Made by a program: the position numbers and the translations under genes. Source: an uncultured Acidimicrobiia bacterium (GTDB lineage: Bacteria > Acidobacteriota > Terriglobia > Versatilivoradales > Versatilivoraceae). Taken from it: a stretch of DNA of 64,000 nucleotides. The notes under the pieces were generated by a model. It made no database searches, was not told where the DNA came from, and worked only from the letters and a program-made list of their open reading frames with translations. This document shows positions 38,497 to 48,998 of the stretch, in pieces (within the stretch, counting starts at the first letter, position 1; each line of letters opens with the position of its first letter). The stretch covers positions 96,001 to 160,000 of the forward strand of contig CAWBAT010000002.1 in the NCBI GenBank assembly GCA_963786955.1, written 5' to 3'.

Positions 38497-41070
38497 ATGA
38501 TTAGACGCCAATCGAGCAAGGCCAAAACTCCCCGCCCCAATCCACAACAAATCAAGAAGGAGAAGTGGTGGTATTGGCCATGGTTTTCCTCAATAGGGTC
38601 TAAGCTCCTCCTGGCATTTTTCATTTTCTTCACGCTTGCGAGCTCCGTAGTCCTGATCCGGGCCTATATTACATTTTCGCAGATGATTGACCGGAAACTG
38701 GCCGGGGAGATCTTTCAAAACACAGCTCGAGTTTACGCGGCACCGTTAACGATCCTTCCAGGCCAGCCGATTCGTTCTTCCGCAGTCGTCGCTTATTTGC
38801 GACGCGCAGGGTATTCCGAATCTGGAAAAGGGGCCGTTCGTATCGGAGAATATCGAACTACGAAACAGAATCATGTGGAAGTGATCCCGCATGAAGAGTC
38901 ATACCACGGTACTTCTGGAGGTCGTGTTTCGATTGAATTTGACGACAAAGGCGTTCGCCGTATCCGCTCTCTCCCCGGCGGCCAAGAAGTTCCGGCTTAC
39001 GAATTAGAACCACTAGTCATTACAAACCTCTTCGATAAAACCCGTGAAAAACGCCGCCTCATCCAATATGAAGATATTCCCAAATCTTTGCGAGATGCGG
39101 TGCTGGCGATTGAGGATCGCCGCTTTTTCGAACACAGCGGATTCGATCCCATCGGGATTATCAGAGCGTCTCTGGTGGATTTGTTTCGCTGGAAGCGTTC
39201 GCAAGGTGGCAGCACCATTACCCAGCAGGTCGTTCGCAGTTTCTGGCTGACTCCTGAGCGACGGGTGGTCCGCAAGCTCAAGGAAATCTATATGTCTGTC
39301 ATCCTGGAGTCCCGGCTCAACAAGAAACAGATTTTCACTCTTTATGCGAATGATGTTTATCTGGGTCAGCGCGGCTCATTCAGCATTAACGGCTTCGGTG
39401 AAGCCGCCACGGCCTATTTCAATAAAGACATCAAGAATCTTACTATCCCGGAATCGGCGTTTGTTGCCGGGATCATTCAAAGTCCGAATCGCTACAACCC
39501 AATTCGCAATCCTGAACGCGCTTTACAGCGTCGAAATGTGGTTTTACAAGCCATGCTCGACATCGAGAGTATAAACAAAGACCAATTCGCGCAAGCAACC
39601 AGGATTCCCTTGAGTATTGCCGCTGTCAGCATGGATGTGAGCGATGCGCCCTTCTTTGTTGACATGGTCAAAGAGCGGATGTTGGAGAAATTCACCGAAA
39701 AAGAGCTCTTGAGCCAGCAATACCGCATCGACACGACCCTCGACATTGAACTGCAACGAATCGCCTATCAGGCCGTCCGGGAAGGTTCCGAAAACGTGGA
39801 TATGATCTTGGCCAAACGCCGACGAAAGCAGATCAAATTGAAAAAAGGGGAGACTCCGCCGCCGCTCGTCATCGACCCCAAAGACCGGGTTCAATCCTGT
39901 CTGATTGCGCTCGACCCGCACACGGGGGAAATCAGAGCGTTAGTAGGAGGTAGAGATTACGGAACCAGCCAACTGAACCATATCACGGTGGCCAAGCGGC
40001 AACCGGGGTCGGTGTTTAAACCATTTGTCATGGCTCAGGCCCTTGCCTCTGCTTTAACTCCGGAACCTGACTCCGATAAGCTCATTCTAACTGCCTCAAC
40101 CCTGGTGGATGATGTGCCAACGGTATTTGAATTCGATGACAAAACCTACGAACCGAATAACTATGGAGAAAAATTTTACGGACCGGTCAGCTTGCGCCGC
40201 AGCTTGACCAAATCCTTGAATGTTGCCACGGTCAAGATCGCCGAACTGACTGGGCTGGACAAGATTTCTTCCCTGGCCAAGGCGGCCGGGATGAATCAAA
40301 AACTCAGCGCAACACCGGCGCTCGCTCTGGGAGCCTATGAAGTGACTCCACTCGAAGTAGCCGGAGCTTATACCATGTTTGCCAACCAGGGAATTCGCAT
40401 GGCCCCTCTCTTCATCCGCTCGGTTGCAGACTCCAAGGGCAAGGTATTTGAGAAATCCAGCTCCAACCCTGAACTAGTCTTGGATCCAAGAATTGCCTAT
40501 TTGATGACCAATCTGATGGAAGGTGTCATCAATCACGGTACTGCAGCGCGGGCCCGCGGCCTAGGTTTTACTGCGCCAGCCGCCGGAAAAACAGGCACTT
40601 CGCATGATGGATGGTTCGCGGGATACACCAGCGGAATGCTTTGCATCGTTTGGGTCGGATTTGATGACAATCGTGAATTGGGTCTGGACGGTGCGAGTTC
40701 CGCACTGCCTATTTGGACGGAATTCATGAAGAAAGCGGTAGAATTGCAACCCTGGTTGGCAAGTTCCCCCTTCCGCCCACCTGAGGAAGGCATTACCAGT
40801 GTCCAAATTGATGAAGAAACGGGGCTGCTCGCCATACCCGAATGCCCAAAGACCATTCAAGAGAATTACATTACGGGGACAGAGCCTCGGGAGCGCTGTA
40901 GCCTTGCGGCTCATATCTGGCTGGCCAATCAAAAACGTGTCCTTCAACTCACGCCGTCCGAATCTCCTACGATCCTGGAACCGGGGCAAGTGATCCCGTT
41001 GAGTCCTCCAGGCACCGCCGAAGTTAAACATACGAACATTCTTAAGAAGATCTTTTCAAAGATTTTCTAG
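38497..41070 (+). CDS. mrcB: Class A penicillin-binding protein (PBP1B-like, with UB2H-like domain)
   Basis: TM anchor; EDRRFFEH, GGSTITQQ, RKLKE transglycosylase motifs; SVFK, SLN, KTG transpeptidase motifs. Confidence 0.9.
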   Translation: MIRRQSSKAKTPRPNPQQIKKEKWWYWPWFSSIGSKLLLAFFIFFTLASSVVLIRAYITFSQMIDRKLAGEIFQNTARVYAAPLTILPGQPIRSSAVVAYLRRAGYSESGKGAVRIGEYRTTKQNHVEVIPHEESYHGTSGGRVSIEFDDKGVRRIRSLPGGQEVPAYELEPLVITNLFDKTREKRRLIQYEDIPKSLRDAVLAIEDRRFFEHSGFDPIGIIRASLVDLFRWKRSQGGSTITQQVVRSFWLTPERRVVRKLKEIYMSVILESRLNKKQIFTLYANDVYLGQRGSFSINGFGEAATAYFNKDIKNLTIPESAFVAGIIQSPNRYNPIRNPERALQRRNVVLQAMLDIESINKDQFAQATRIPLSIAAVSMDVSDAPFFVDMVKERMLEKFTEKELLSQQYRIDTTLDIELQRIAYQAVREGSENVDMILAKRRRKQIKLKKGETPPPLVIDPKDRVQSCLIALDPHTGEIRALVGGRDYGTSQLNHITVAKRQPGSVFKPFVMAQALASALTPEPDSDKLILTASTLVDDVPTVFEFDDKTYEPNNYGEKFYGPVSLRRSLTKSLNVATVKIAELTGLDKISSLAKAAGMNQKLSATPALALGAYEVTPLEVAGAYTMFANQGIRMAPLFIRSVADSKGKVFEKSSSNPELVLDPRIAYLMTNLMEGVINHGTAARARGLGFTAPAAGKTGTSHDGWFAGYTSGMLCIVWVGFDDNRELGLDGASSALPIWTEFMKKAVELQPWLASSPFRPPEEGITSVQIDEETGLLAIPECPKTIQENYITGTEPRERCSLAAHIWLANQKRVLQLTPSESPTILEPGQVIPLSPPGTAEVKHTNILKKIFSKIF

Positions 41071-41095
41071 CGAATCACTCATGAAAGCCCATGCT

Positions 41096-41290
41096 CTAGA
41101 GCGGGCTCCCGTAACGCGTTAGTTACGGGGGGGAATCTTTAAGGGCAAGGCATTCGGTGACGATTTGAGATTGTCGCTTCTGTTGCGGCTGAGTGGGTAG
41201 GGACGGACCGCCGGGCCGTCCGCGGCGCGCTCGGCGAGCGCGCCCTACCAGGAATTCCCCCGACAACTAACGCATGACGGGCTCCCCGTA
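41096..41290. repeat. TIR-bounded element containing a GTAG/CTAC REP doublet
   Basis: cccgtaacgcgttagtt / aactaacgcatgacggg arms; internal ggtagggacggaccgccgggccgtcc..gcgcgctcggcgagcgcgccctacc. Confidence 0.7.
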
Positions 41291-41671
41291 TTTCGGATTG
41301 ACAAGAACCGCTAACCCCTGAATTGTTCAAATAGAAGGAGTTAGCTCTTTTTTCAACTTTCACCTTTGCAAACTTCAGCAGGACAGAAGCGAGTTGGAAT
41401 TGTCCTGATTTTAGAGGATTTATGTTCAGCCTGAAGACTGTCGATATGTTTGTGATGACATATGGGATACGGGAATTATGCCCGCATCCCAGCCCTCTCT
41501 TTAGGATGAGAGGTATTGAGATTGATCATCGGTCTTTTGGATCGAAAATGGAGAGGCCCCTTCATTCAACCATTTGCTCCATCTATTCGGTGGAAGTGAA
41601 TGGCATAAAGAATCGCTTGTCATCCAGTTTCCGATGACCAATGATTATCGACGAAAACGAGGAATAGAGTA

Positions 41672-44600
41672 GTGCCGCCGCTGATTAAAGATTACGTTGA
41701 ATTCCGGAAAGTTGAGCTTCTCAGCTCGCTCACCTCGTCTAATCAAGGGGAATGTCTCAACACCTTCTTGCCCACCGACGCGTTGATTGAACTCTTGAGT
41801 CGGATTCTAGAAGCGATTCATGGCAAGTTACAGGCAGAAGAGAATACCACCCAAGAGCCTTCATCCGTCATTTTAGCAGGAGGCCACGGAGTTGGTAAAA
41901 GCCACTTGCTGGCGGTCATCTTCAGTTTAATCAACCAAAGAGGCGGTCTAACTCATGGCCTGGACGATCCTCGCGTCCAATCACAGATTGCATCCCTGAG
42001 AGAGATCGAACCGCTCTGCATCTGGATCGATTTGGGGGGAAACCCGAAATTATCATTGCCCGAGTTGGTTCTCACTCGTATCCACGAGGAGTTTACGAAA
42101 CGCTTTGATCGCGAAGTTTTCGATCCTGCCCTAATTGCTGGTATTGACACGATCAAAGCACATGAGTTAATCACGTTCAATATAGGTTCCCAGAGGCCCC
42201 TACTCTTAATCATTGACGGCCTCTCCAATCGCGCTAACCAACGGGAAATTCGCGAATTAAATGAAGACCTCGAGTTCTTGAGCTTCATGGGCTATAGCTC
42301 CAAATCCGCTCGTCTATTCTTGCTGGTGGCCGCTCACGAAGATTTTTTCTCCCCCAAGAGTCCGCTCGGTATCGACAACACCTTGATGGCTCAAACTCTG
42401 GAAAATTTCAGAATTGACTGGATTGATCGCAGCAATCTCCGTGAGATTATTGGTCGTTATATCTTCAAAAAGAACCCTCGACAACAGCAGGATGTCAGAA
42501 AGCTGCACAGCTTTATCAAGGCAAAGCTTCCAAATTTTCAGTACTCTGAAAACGAATTTTGCGAAGCCTATCCGTTTCATCCGCTGATATTCGATCTGGC
42601 AGAGAAGATCAAAAACAAACTGCCGGGATTCTCACTGCTGGATTTTGTCAATACCATCTACCCCAAGGTAGCCAGTTATCGTGCAATCAGTCTCGTGACG
42701 ATTGAGGCAATCTTCGATCGGATGGAATTTGAAATGAAGTCGGCTCCTCAGGGCCAAAGACTCTACAGTCTCTACCAAAACCTGGTGGACCAAGTAGTCC
42801 CCCGCCTTCAAGATCGTTACCGACTTTGGGGAAAGATGCTCTTAAAGGCCATTTATCTCTTTACTTTATCGGATCGGTCCGCAACCGTTCGCGATTTGGC
42901 AGATGCACTTCTCCTTTTTGAAGACAGTGAGGGTTTGAGTTACAACGTGGTCGGGATGCTGCTCGCCCAAATGGAGCGAGCGAGCGAAAATGCTTTTACG
43001 ACTTCCGATGACCGACTGGATCGCAGCTATCGACTGGGCGCCACGGATGTTCGGCAAGAACTGGACCGCTACTTCCAAGGCATCGCTGCGCAGATCCCGG
43101 ATTCTGATTCCAGGTTGGGAGGGCTCTTAATGGAGGCGGCCGGCGATATATTTTCCGACTGGCCTGCAGAGAGAGATCAGACCAAAACTTCTGCTCGAAA
43201 TCCTGTCTCCACTCAGCTTTTCTGGCGAGGTTCAAAGAGAACAGGTTGGCTTGCCCCTTCGCCCCGATTTCAATCGACCTTGGCAGACAATCGTCTCGAG
43301 CCCCTAGACAACTCTGCTCTCTCCGCGCAGCTACCGGAACTACTCGATTCGGATGTCGAAGATAAAGGATTGCTGGAACCCGCTGTCCCTCCGGTGTACC
43401 CGCCTGAATGGATCTTGTGGTTTGAACCGGCCTCTTGGTTGGGAGGGGCCGAGGACAGCTTGCGTCCGCAAAAGGTAACCGAAATTTTTTGGCTTCCAGC
43501 CACCCCAGACGGAAATGAGATCGAATTGCTCAAGAAAGCTCTGGCCTTGCGTCTTACCGAGCGATCAGCCTCCAATGACTTTTCGGCTTCTGATGTTCGA
43601 TCTTTCCACGAGGAACTTCGAGGGAATGTTGCCAATCTCTTTCGAGAGCTTTACATTTCTCGAGGCAGGATTATCACCTACGGGCGAACTCAATCTTTCA
43701 ATCAAGGTCACTTGGAATGCCGGACATTCCTTTCCTTTCTCAATTACTTGTTTCGCCCTAATTTTGACCAACTGTATTCGCTTCATCCTGACTTTGGCGG
43801 AGAATCCCTTACCGAAAGTCATATCTTAACCTTATCCCGGGGACTCTTTGCAGGCCAGGACCCAACCAACTCAGAAGTCCAACGTTTGGCTGCAAAGTTC
43901 GCACTACCACTTGGTCTGGTGACCCAACTGGATGGCCTCTTTGAACTCAATCTGACGCTCACTCCACCCGCGTTCTTGACGCACCTCGTACAAAACCTGG
44001 AACATTTAGACGCTTCTGAAAGACCTATCGAGTCCCTCTTCGAGCTGGTTCGCCGTTCTCCATATGGTTTAGACAAGAATGCTCTTTCTTTGATACTTCT
44101 GGCGCTCGTCGCAGACGGTCAGATTGAATTAGTTGATCCAGAGTCAAATGTGACGCTCGGGCGTGAGACCCTAGCATCCATCGATGTATCCGATCAGTAT
44201 TCACACTTCAGAAGAATCCCATTTCATAAAGATTATCCCTCTGAGATCCTCACCCAATGGTGTCGCTTGATCACCGGGCGGCAGGATCTCACGGATATCT
44301 CTACCAGCCGCGGACGAGAAGCCGCGACTAAAGCCTTGGGAGAATGGCTTCGCAACTGGAAGAGCCTGGGCATCTCACGGCGGCTAGAGACTCTTCACAA
44401 CGACCTGTTAACCAACCAGATGTGGAGGATCATGACCTGGACGCGGCAACGATTTGAGAAAGTCGCTGAATACACGGAGTTGATCTTGCAACGCGAGCTA
44501 TTACTGATCCAAGGGATCGGGAAAATCATTGACCTGTTCGCTGAAAATAGCGTTCTCCTGGAAAAGGCTTCTCGCGATCTTGTCGAGGCTTCCCATTTCA

Positions 44601-45418
44601 TTCATTGGACTGAAAGTTATCTGGAAAACAGAAAATATCTTCTGGCATCCGACAAAACTTTGAAACCAGAAATTGAAGGAAACCGTGAGCGCCTGCTGCA
44701 GTTGATCGAATCACCGCATAGCCTAATCAGCGCCGATCAGCGCAATGCTTTTGACACCACGTTTCGCGAATTCAAAGAGTTGTATATCGACTACTATTCC
44801 ACCGAACATGACCGGTACGTGGGTGCCTTAGGGCATTTCGAGCTGCTCAAAGAGGTAGAGAACTCCATCGAGATGCGGAATCTTCAACTCCTTTCCTCTT
44901 TGCCGTTAGGAGACACTTCCTTTCTGATCAATCTGCAGGAATGGGTCGCTGGAATTCGGGATCATCAATGTATTTTGCCAACCCGAGATCTGCTGCAGCA
45001 CAATCCGCGCTGCCAATGCAGTTTCAAACTGTCGAGACCGCTCGAAATTGCAGAGGTGGTGAAAGACCTAAAGTTTTTTGTTGACCTCGGAATTGACTAC
45101 CACCGCCAGATTGTGGCAGGGTTTCGAGACGCCATCGGCCAAAATCTAAAGAGAGGCAATGGCAAAGAGATTGAGGAGGCCGAATCGATTCGGAGTCTTC
45201 TTGAGAATGAGCAAGTTCCCGAACTGAGTCAACAAGCTGTTAACCAGATCCAGTCCATCCTCGAAGGGTCCCTGACCGAAGAGAAAATCAATTCTCCTCT
45301 TCCTGCCCTCATGCCGAACGGTCACTTCCGCAAGCGGGAACTCGCAGCTAGAATCCAAAAGTGGCTCGAAAGTCTTTCCGACGATGAAAGGGTGGTCTTT
45401 TCGCTCCGCGATTTCTAA
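41672..45418 (+). CDS. Large P-loop protein, DUF6079 / BREX BrxC(PglY)-like
   Basis: Walker A GGHGVGKSHLL, Walker B LLLIIDG, DLEFL, YPFHP, PYGL, C-terminal C..PRCQCSF; 1248 aa; RBS gagga. Confidence 0.7.
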   Translation: MPPLIKDYVEFRKVELLSSLTSSNQGECLNTFLPTDALIELLSRILEAIHGKLQAEENTTQEPSSVILAGGHGVGKSHLLAVIFSLINQRGGLTHGLDDPRVQSQIASLREIEPLCIWIDLGGNPKLSLPELVLTRIHEEFTKRFDREVFDPALIAGIDTIKAHELITFNIGSQRPLLLIIDGLSNRANQREIRELNEDLEFLSFMGYSSKSARLFLLVAAHEDFFSPKSPLGIDNTLMAQTLENFRIDWIDRSNLREIIGRYIFKKNPRQQQDVRKLHSFIKAKLPNFQYSENEFCEAYPFHPLIFDLAEKIKNKLPGFSLLDFVNTIYPKVASYRAISLVTIEAIFDRMEFEMKSAPQGQRLYSLYQNLVDQVVPRLQDRYRLWGKMLLKAIYLFTLSDRSATVRDLADALLLFEDSEGLSYNVVGMLLAQMERASENAFTTSDDRLDRSYRLGATDVRQELDRYFQGIAAQIPDSDSRLGGLLMEAAGDIFSDWPAERDQTKTSARNPVSTQLFWRGSKRTGWLAPSPRFQSTLADNRLEPLDNSALSAQLPELLDSDVEDKGLLEPAVPPVYPPEWILWFEPASWLGGAEDSLRPQKVTEIFWLPATPDGNEIELLKKALALRLTERSASNDFSASDVRSFHEELRGNVANLFRELYISRGRIITYGRTQSFNQGHLECRTFLSFLNYLFRPNFDQLYSLHPDFGGESLTESHILTLSRGLFAGQDPTNSEVQRLAAKFALPLGLVTQLDGLFELNLTLTPPAFLTHLVQNLEHLDASERPIESLFELVRRSPYGLDKNALSLILLALVADGQIELVDPESNVTLGRETLASIDVSDQYSHFRRIPFHKDYPSEILTQWCRLITGRQDLTDISTSRGREAATKALGEWLRNWKSLGISRRLETLHNDLLTNQMWRIMTWTRQRFEKVAEYTELILQRELLLIQGIGKIIDLFAENSVLLEKASRDLVEASHFIHWTESYLENRKYLLASDKTLKPEIEGNRERLLQLIESPHSLISADQRNAFDTTFREFKELYIDYYSTEHDRYVGALGHFELLKEVENSIEMRNLQLLSSLPLGDTSFLINLQEWVAGIRDHQCILPTRDLLQHNPRCQCSFKLSRPLEIAEVVKDLKFFVDLGIDYHRQIVAGFRDAIGQNLKRGNGKEIEEAESIRSLLENEQVPELSQQAVNQIQSILEGSLTEEKINSPLPALMPNGHFRKRELAARIQKWLESLSDDERVVFSLRDF

Positions 45419-45569
45419 AGACTTCTGATCCATTTCCTGGATTCAACTCCCGGCACACCGCAATCAGACGCCGCATCATTTTTGCACTGGTTTCCTTCCC
45501 CATCGTCCCCATTCGTCCTCCCTCTTCCAGTTTTATTCATTCCAATGTATCCTCTTGGGGGAGCAAATT

Positions 45570-46661
45570 ATGCCGACAACCATGAATAGTGATATCAAAA
45601 ACAAAGCCATGAGTGCCCGTCAAACCCTGGACGCCTGGACGCGCGAAGTCGTTCAATGGCATTTCGATCCGGAAACCGGCTGTCCATTCTGGCTGGAATA
45701 TGCAAAAACCTTGGATTGGGATCCGCGGTGTGAGATTCAGTCCTACGACGATCTCTCACGCTTTGGTAATTTTCAAGATGAGTGGTTACGGGGAGGGCCC
45801 GTGCGTCGCTGGGTTCCCAGAGCCTATGCCAAAAGTCCGATCTCTATTTTCGAGACTGGAGGCAGCACGGGAGTTCCTAAGTCGAGAATCAATATCGAAG
45901 ATTTTCGAATTGATTATGAAGCCTTTAGTGCCACTCTTCCGGATGATGCGTTTCCCCGTGGCGCCGACTGGCTCTCGATAGGTCCAACTGGCCCCCGGCG
46001 TCTCCGCTTGGCCGTGGAACACCTGGCACAATTTCGCGGCGGCATCTGCTTTATGGTTGATCTTGATCCGCGTTGGGTTATCAAATTGATCAAAATGGGC
46101 GAATTGAAATTGGCGGAACTCTACAAACAACACGTGATCGACCAGGCGTTGACGTTGTTGCGCGCACATCCCAATATCCAGTGCCTGTTTACAACGCCAA
46201 AACTGCTGGAAGCCCTCTGTGAAAAAGTTTCCCTAAAGAAAATGGGGATCCGGGGGGTTTTCTGCGGGGGAACGGAAATGACCCCGCAATTCTATCGTTT
46301 CGCCGTTGAAGAGCTACTGGAAGGCGCTTATTTCGCACCTACCTATGGAAATACTTTGATGGGATTAGCTGTGCATAAACCCCGGGCGAATGAGGACAAT
46401 TATGCGGTCATCTATTATCCTCCGTCACCGCGGGCTATGATCGAAGTGGTCGACCCTAACCAGCCGGACCATGTTGTGGCATATGGTCAAACAGGACGAG
46501 TTCGCCTGACGACCCTGACTCGCGAATTTTTTATGCCGCGTTTCCTTGAACGCGATGAAGCCGAGCGGGAGCCGGTGTGTGCCCTTTATCCGTGGGATGG
46601 GGTTCGTAACGTGCGCCCATTTTCGAAGTACCAATCCACCGTCGTCGAGGGAGTGTATTAA
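45570..46661 (+). CDS. EhpF-like truncated ANL adenylate-forming enzyme (LuxE/PaaK-related)
   Basis: WHFDPETGCPFW, P-loop ETGGSTGVPK, DLDPRWV, GGT, YGNTLMG, ERD; ~363 aa. Confidence 0.75.
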   Translation: MPTTMNSDIKNKAMSARQTLDAWTREVVQWHFDPETGCPFWLEYAKTLDWDPRCEIQSYDDLSRFGNFQDEWLRGGPVRRWVPRAYAKSPISIFETGGSTGVPKSRINIEDFRIDYEAFSATLPDDAFPRGADWLSIGPTGPRRLRLAVEHLAQFRGGICFMVDLDPRWVIKLIKMGELKLAELYKQHVIDQALTLLRAHPNIQCLFTTPKLLEALCEKVSLKKMGIRGVFCGGTEMTPQFYRFAVEELLEGAYFAPTYGNTLMGLAVHKPRANEDNYAVIYYPPSPRAMIEVVDPNQPDHVVAYGQTGRVRLTTLTREFFMPRFLERDEAEREPVCALYPWDGVRNVRPFSKYQSTVVEGVY

Positions 46662-46977
46662 TGTAGACCCATGAATTGTTGTTTGCCAGTCATTCTTCAC
46701 CCCCTTGTAGTCCCCCCTTTTCACACAAGGAAGGGGAACGTCATTTTTCAGAAGAGCATCTATGCCGCCTTGTGCTGCGCCACGACCGATGAGAACAATC
46801 GTCCCCCCTTTGACAAAGGGGGACTTCAGGGGGGTGGGTGCTGGATTTGTAATACTATTTATTGTGTTTGGATGTGTTTCCTTTTCTATTGTGCCTTGAT
46901 CCAGTCGTCGTGTCCGAAATGTCGTTCTGTCCGAAGGACCCTCAATTTTCGAAATCGTGCTTAACCGGAGATTTGTG

Positions 46978-48408
46978 ATGATCCATATCCCCCTGCTCAG
47001 ACGAGGAATATGCTATCAGAGTCTTGACGTGGTGCGGCTTCCGCATTATCAAACTCGAGAACCCTTTGTCGAGCTCAGTCAAGCCAATATTGGATTGATT
47101 CGGCGTGATCTCCTGCATCAGATAGAGAGCCGGGCAGATCTGCAACAATTCTCAACCCAGGAACTTCTCGACATATGTAAAAAAGCGGCCGACTTCTTTG
47201 CCAAGTCCACCTTGCCGCTAGGGGATGCCCGCCAGACACCTGAAGATTATATTCGCCAGGTTTCTGCAACGACAGGTCTTCCTTTCGCTTTGGCCCGCAA
47301 AAACCTCAACAAGATTCAGGGAGTCATGTCTCAAATGGAGACGGTTCTGAATGGGATGACCCGCCACCTCGATTTTGAGATTCTCGATCAGGGTTTCGGA
47401 AAGCTGAATGGCACGGCACTGAGTTATTATGCGAGAACAAACTCACTAGGAGTGGTTCTGCCCAGCAACTCTCCGGGAGTGCACTCCCTTTGGGTACCCG
47501 CAGTACCCCTTAAAATCCCTCTCGTTCTCAAGCCCGGGAGTGGCGAGCCCTGGACGCCTTATCGGCTTGCACAAGCAATGATTCAGGCAGGGTGCCCACC
47601 GAGCGCATTCAGTTATTTTCCCACCGATCATGCGGGTGGCGCCGAAATTCTGCGACAGTGCGGTCGGGGAATGGTTTTTGGAGATACCGCCTCTACCAGC
47701 ATTTGGAACAATGATCCGCGAGTCGAAGTTCATGGGCCGGGCTACAGTAAAATCGTCATTGGAGAAGATTGCATCGAAGAGTGGGAGCGATTTATAGATG
47801 TCATTGTGGCTTCGATCGTTGAAAATGGCGGCCGGTCCTGCGTGAACGCCTCAGGGGTGTGGGTGCCCAAGTATGCCGCGAAGATTGCCGAAGCCCTCGC
47901 CTTCCGTCTGGCCCAAATTGCTCCACGGAGTTCCGAAGACGAAGCGGCCGAACTCGCCCCATTTGCAGATCCTAGAGTGGCGGAGCGAATGGCGCTTCAA
48001 ATTGAGCAAGGTCTTGCCCAACCGGGAGCCCGCGACGTTACCGCTACTTATCGCTCCGGAGGCAGTCTCGTGAATTGGCAAGGTTGCTCCTATCTTGTTC
48101 CGACCATTGTTTTGTGCGACTCTCCGGAGCATCCACTCGCAAATCGGGAGTATTTGTTCCCATTCGCGAGCATCATCGAGATAGGCCAAAACCAGATTCC
48201 GGAAGCACTCGGGAAAAGCTTGGTCGTGACGGCTATTACACGCGACTCTAGGCTTATCGAGCGTTTGATCGCCTCGCCATTGGTCGACCGTCTGAACCTG
48301 GGGCCCATTCCGACCTATCAAATCGCCTGGGACCAGCCTCACGAAGGGAACCTCTTTGAACATCTATACTCCCGGCGAGCTTTCCAGAGCCCAATTGAAG
48401 CGGCCTGA
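46978..48408 (+). CDS. Aldehyde-dehydrogenase-fold acyl reductase (LuxC/EhpG-like)
   Basis: LPSNSPGVH, LKPG, HGPGYSK in place of ELGGK, catalytic Cys in GGRSCVNAS, EYLFPF. Confidence 0.8.
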   Translation: MIHIPLLRRGICYQSLDVVRLPHYQTREPFVELSQANIGLIRRDLLHQIESRADLQQFSTQELLDICKKAADFFAKSTLPLGDARQTPEDYIRQVSATTGLPFALARKNLNKIQGVMSQMETVLNGMTRHLDFEILDQGFGKLNGTALSYYARTNSLGVVLPSNSPGVHSLWVPAVPLKIPLVLKPGSGEPWTPYRLAQAMIQAGCPPSAFSYFPTDHAGGAEILRQCGRGMVFGDTASTSIWNNDPRVEVHGPGYSKIVIGEDCIEEWERFIDVIVASIVENGGRSCVNASGVWVPKYAAKIAEALAFRLAQIAPRSSEDEAAELAPFADPRVAERMALQIEQGLAQPGARDVTATYRSGGSLVNWQGCSYLVPTIVLCDSPEHPLANREYLFPFASIIEIGQNQIPEALGKSLVVTAITRDSRLIERLIASPLVDRLNLGPIPTYQIAWDQPHEGNLFEHLYSRRAFQSPIEAA

Positions 48409-48449
48409 CTCAGTAATCCGTCGCTTCCATTTGAATCGAGGCGGTTTGG

Positions 48450-48989
48450 ATGATGAGCCAAACACTTGTTCTATCTTTTGTTCTCCGCACGATCTTCCTT
48501 GATGACATGAGCACTTCTTTCAAATCGATTCTTTTCACCCTGATCGCTTTAACTTTTATCATTGCGGGAATTCCGTTTCTTTTGCATCACTTTGGATTGC
48601 TGCAATGGACCATGGCTCCATGGACCACGGCAATGCCGGGTGCATTGACATCACTTCTTGGACTTTTGATCTACATCCTCTGTGCGAGAGACTTCGCCCG
48701 CTTTGGCCGAGGGACACCTGCCGTTTGGGACCCACCCAAAACATTTGTTTCGCATGGTCTTTACCGTCTCGTTCGTAACCCTATGTATCTGGGAATTGTC
48801 TTGATCGTCATCGGAGAAGCGTGTTTCTTTCATTCTCGCCCTCTGTTAATCATCTCTCTGTCCATCTGGCTGCTGTTTCACGGTTTTGTCCTTTTTTATG
48901 AGGAGCCCACGCTCACTAAGAAATTTGGAGATTCGTATCGCCAGTATTGCTTGCAAGTTTCCCGCTGGCTTCCCCGTTGGCCTGGATGA
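48450..48989 (+). CDS. ICMT/PEMT-family membrane methyltransferase
   Basis: GRGTPAVWDPP, GLYRLVRNPMYLG, YEEPTL..FGDSY..Y..VSRWLP; alternative start 48507. Confidence 0.85.
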   Translation: MMSQTLVLSFVLRTIFLDDMSTSFKSILFTLIALTFIIAGIPFLLHHFGLLQWTMAPWTTAMPGALTSLLGLLIYILCARDFARFGRGTPAVWDPPKTFVSHGLYRLVRNPMYLGIVLIVIGEACFFHSRPLLIISLSIWLLFHGFVLFYEEPTLTKKFGDSYRQYCLQVSRWLPRWPG

Positions 48990-48998
48990 GTCTATTTT

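Noticed and set aside
41672-45418. Complete BREX defence system
   Set aside because: Only the ATPase-like gene is present; no PglZ, methyltransferase or other brx genes are in the window
45570-48408. Phenazine biosynthesis cluster or lux operon
   Set aside because: No phzA/B/D/E/F/G, luxAB or luxD homologues are recognisable
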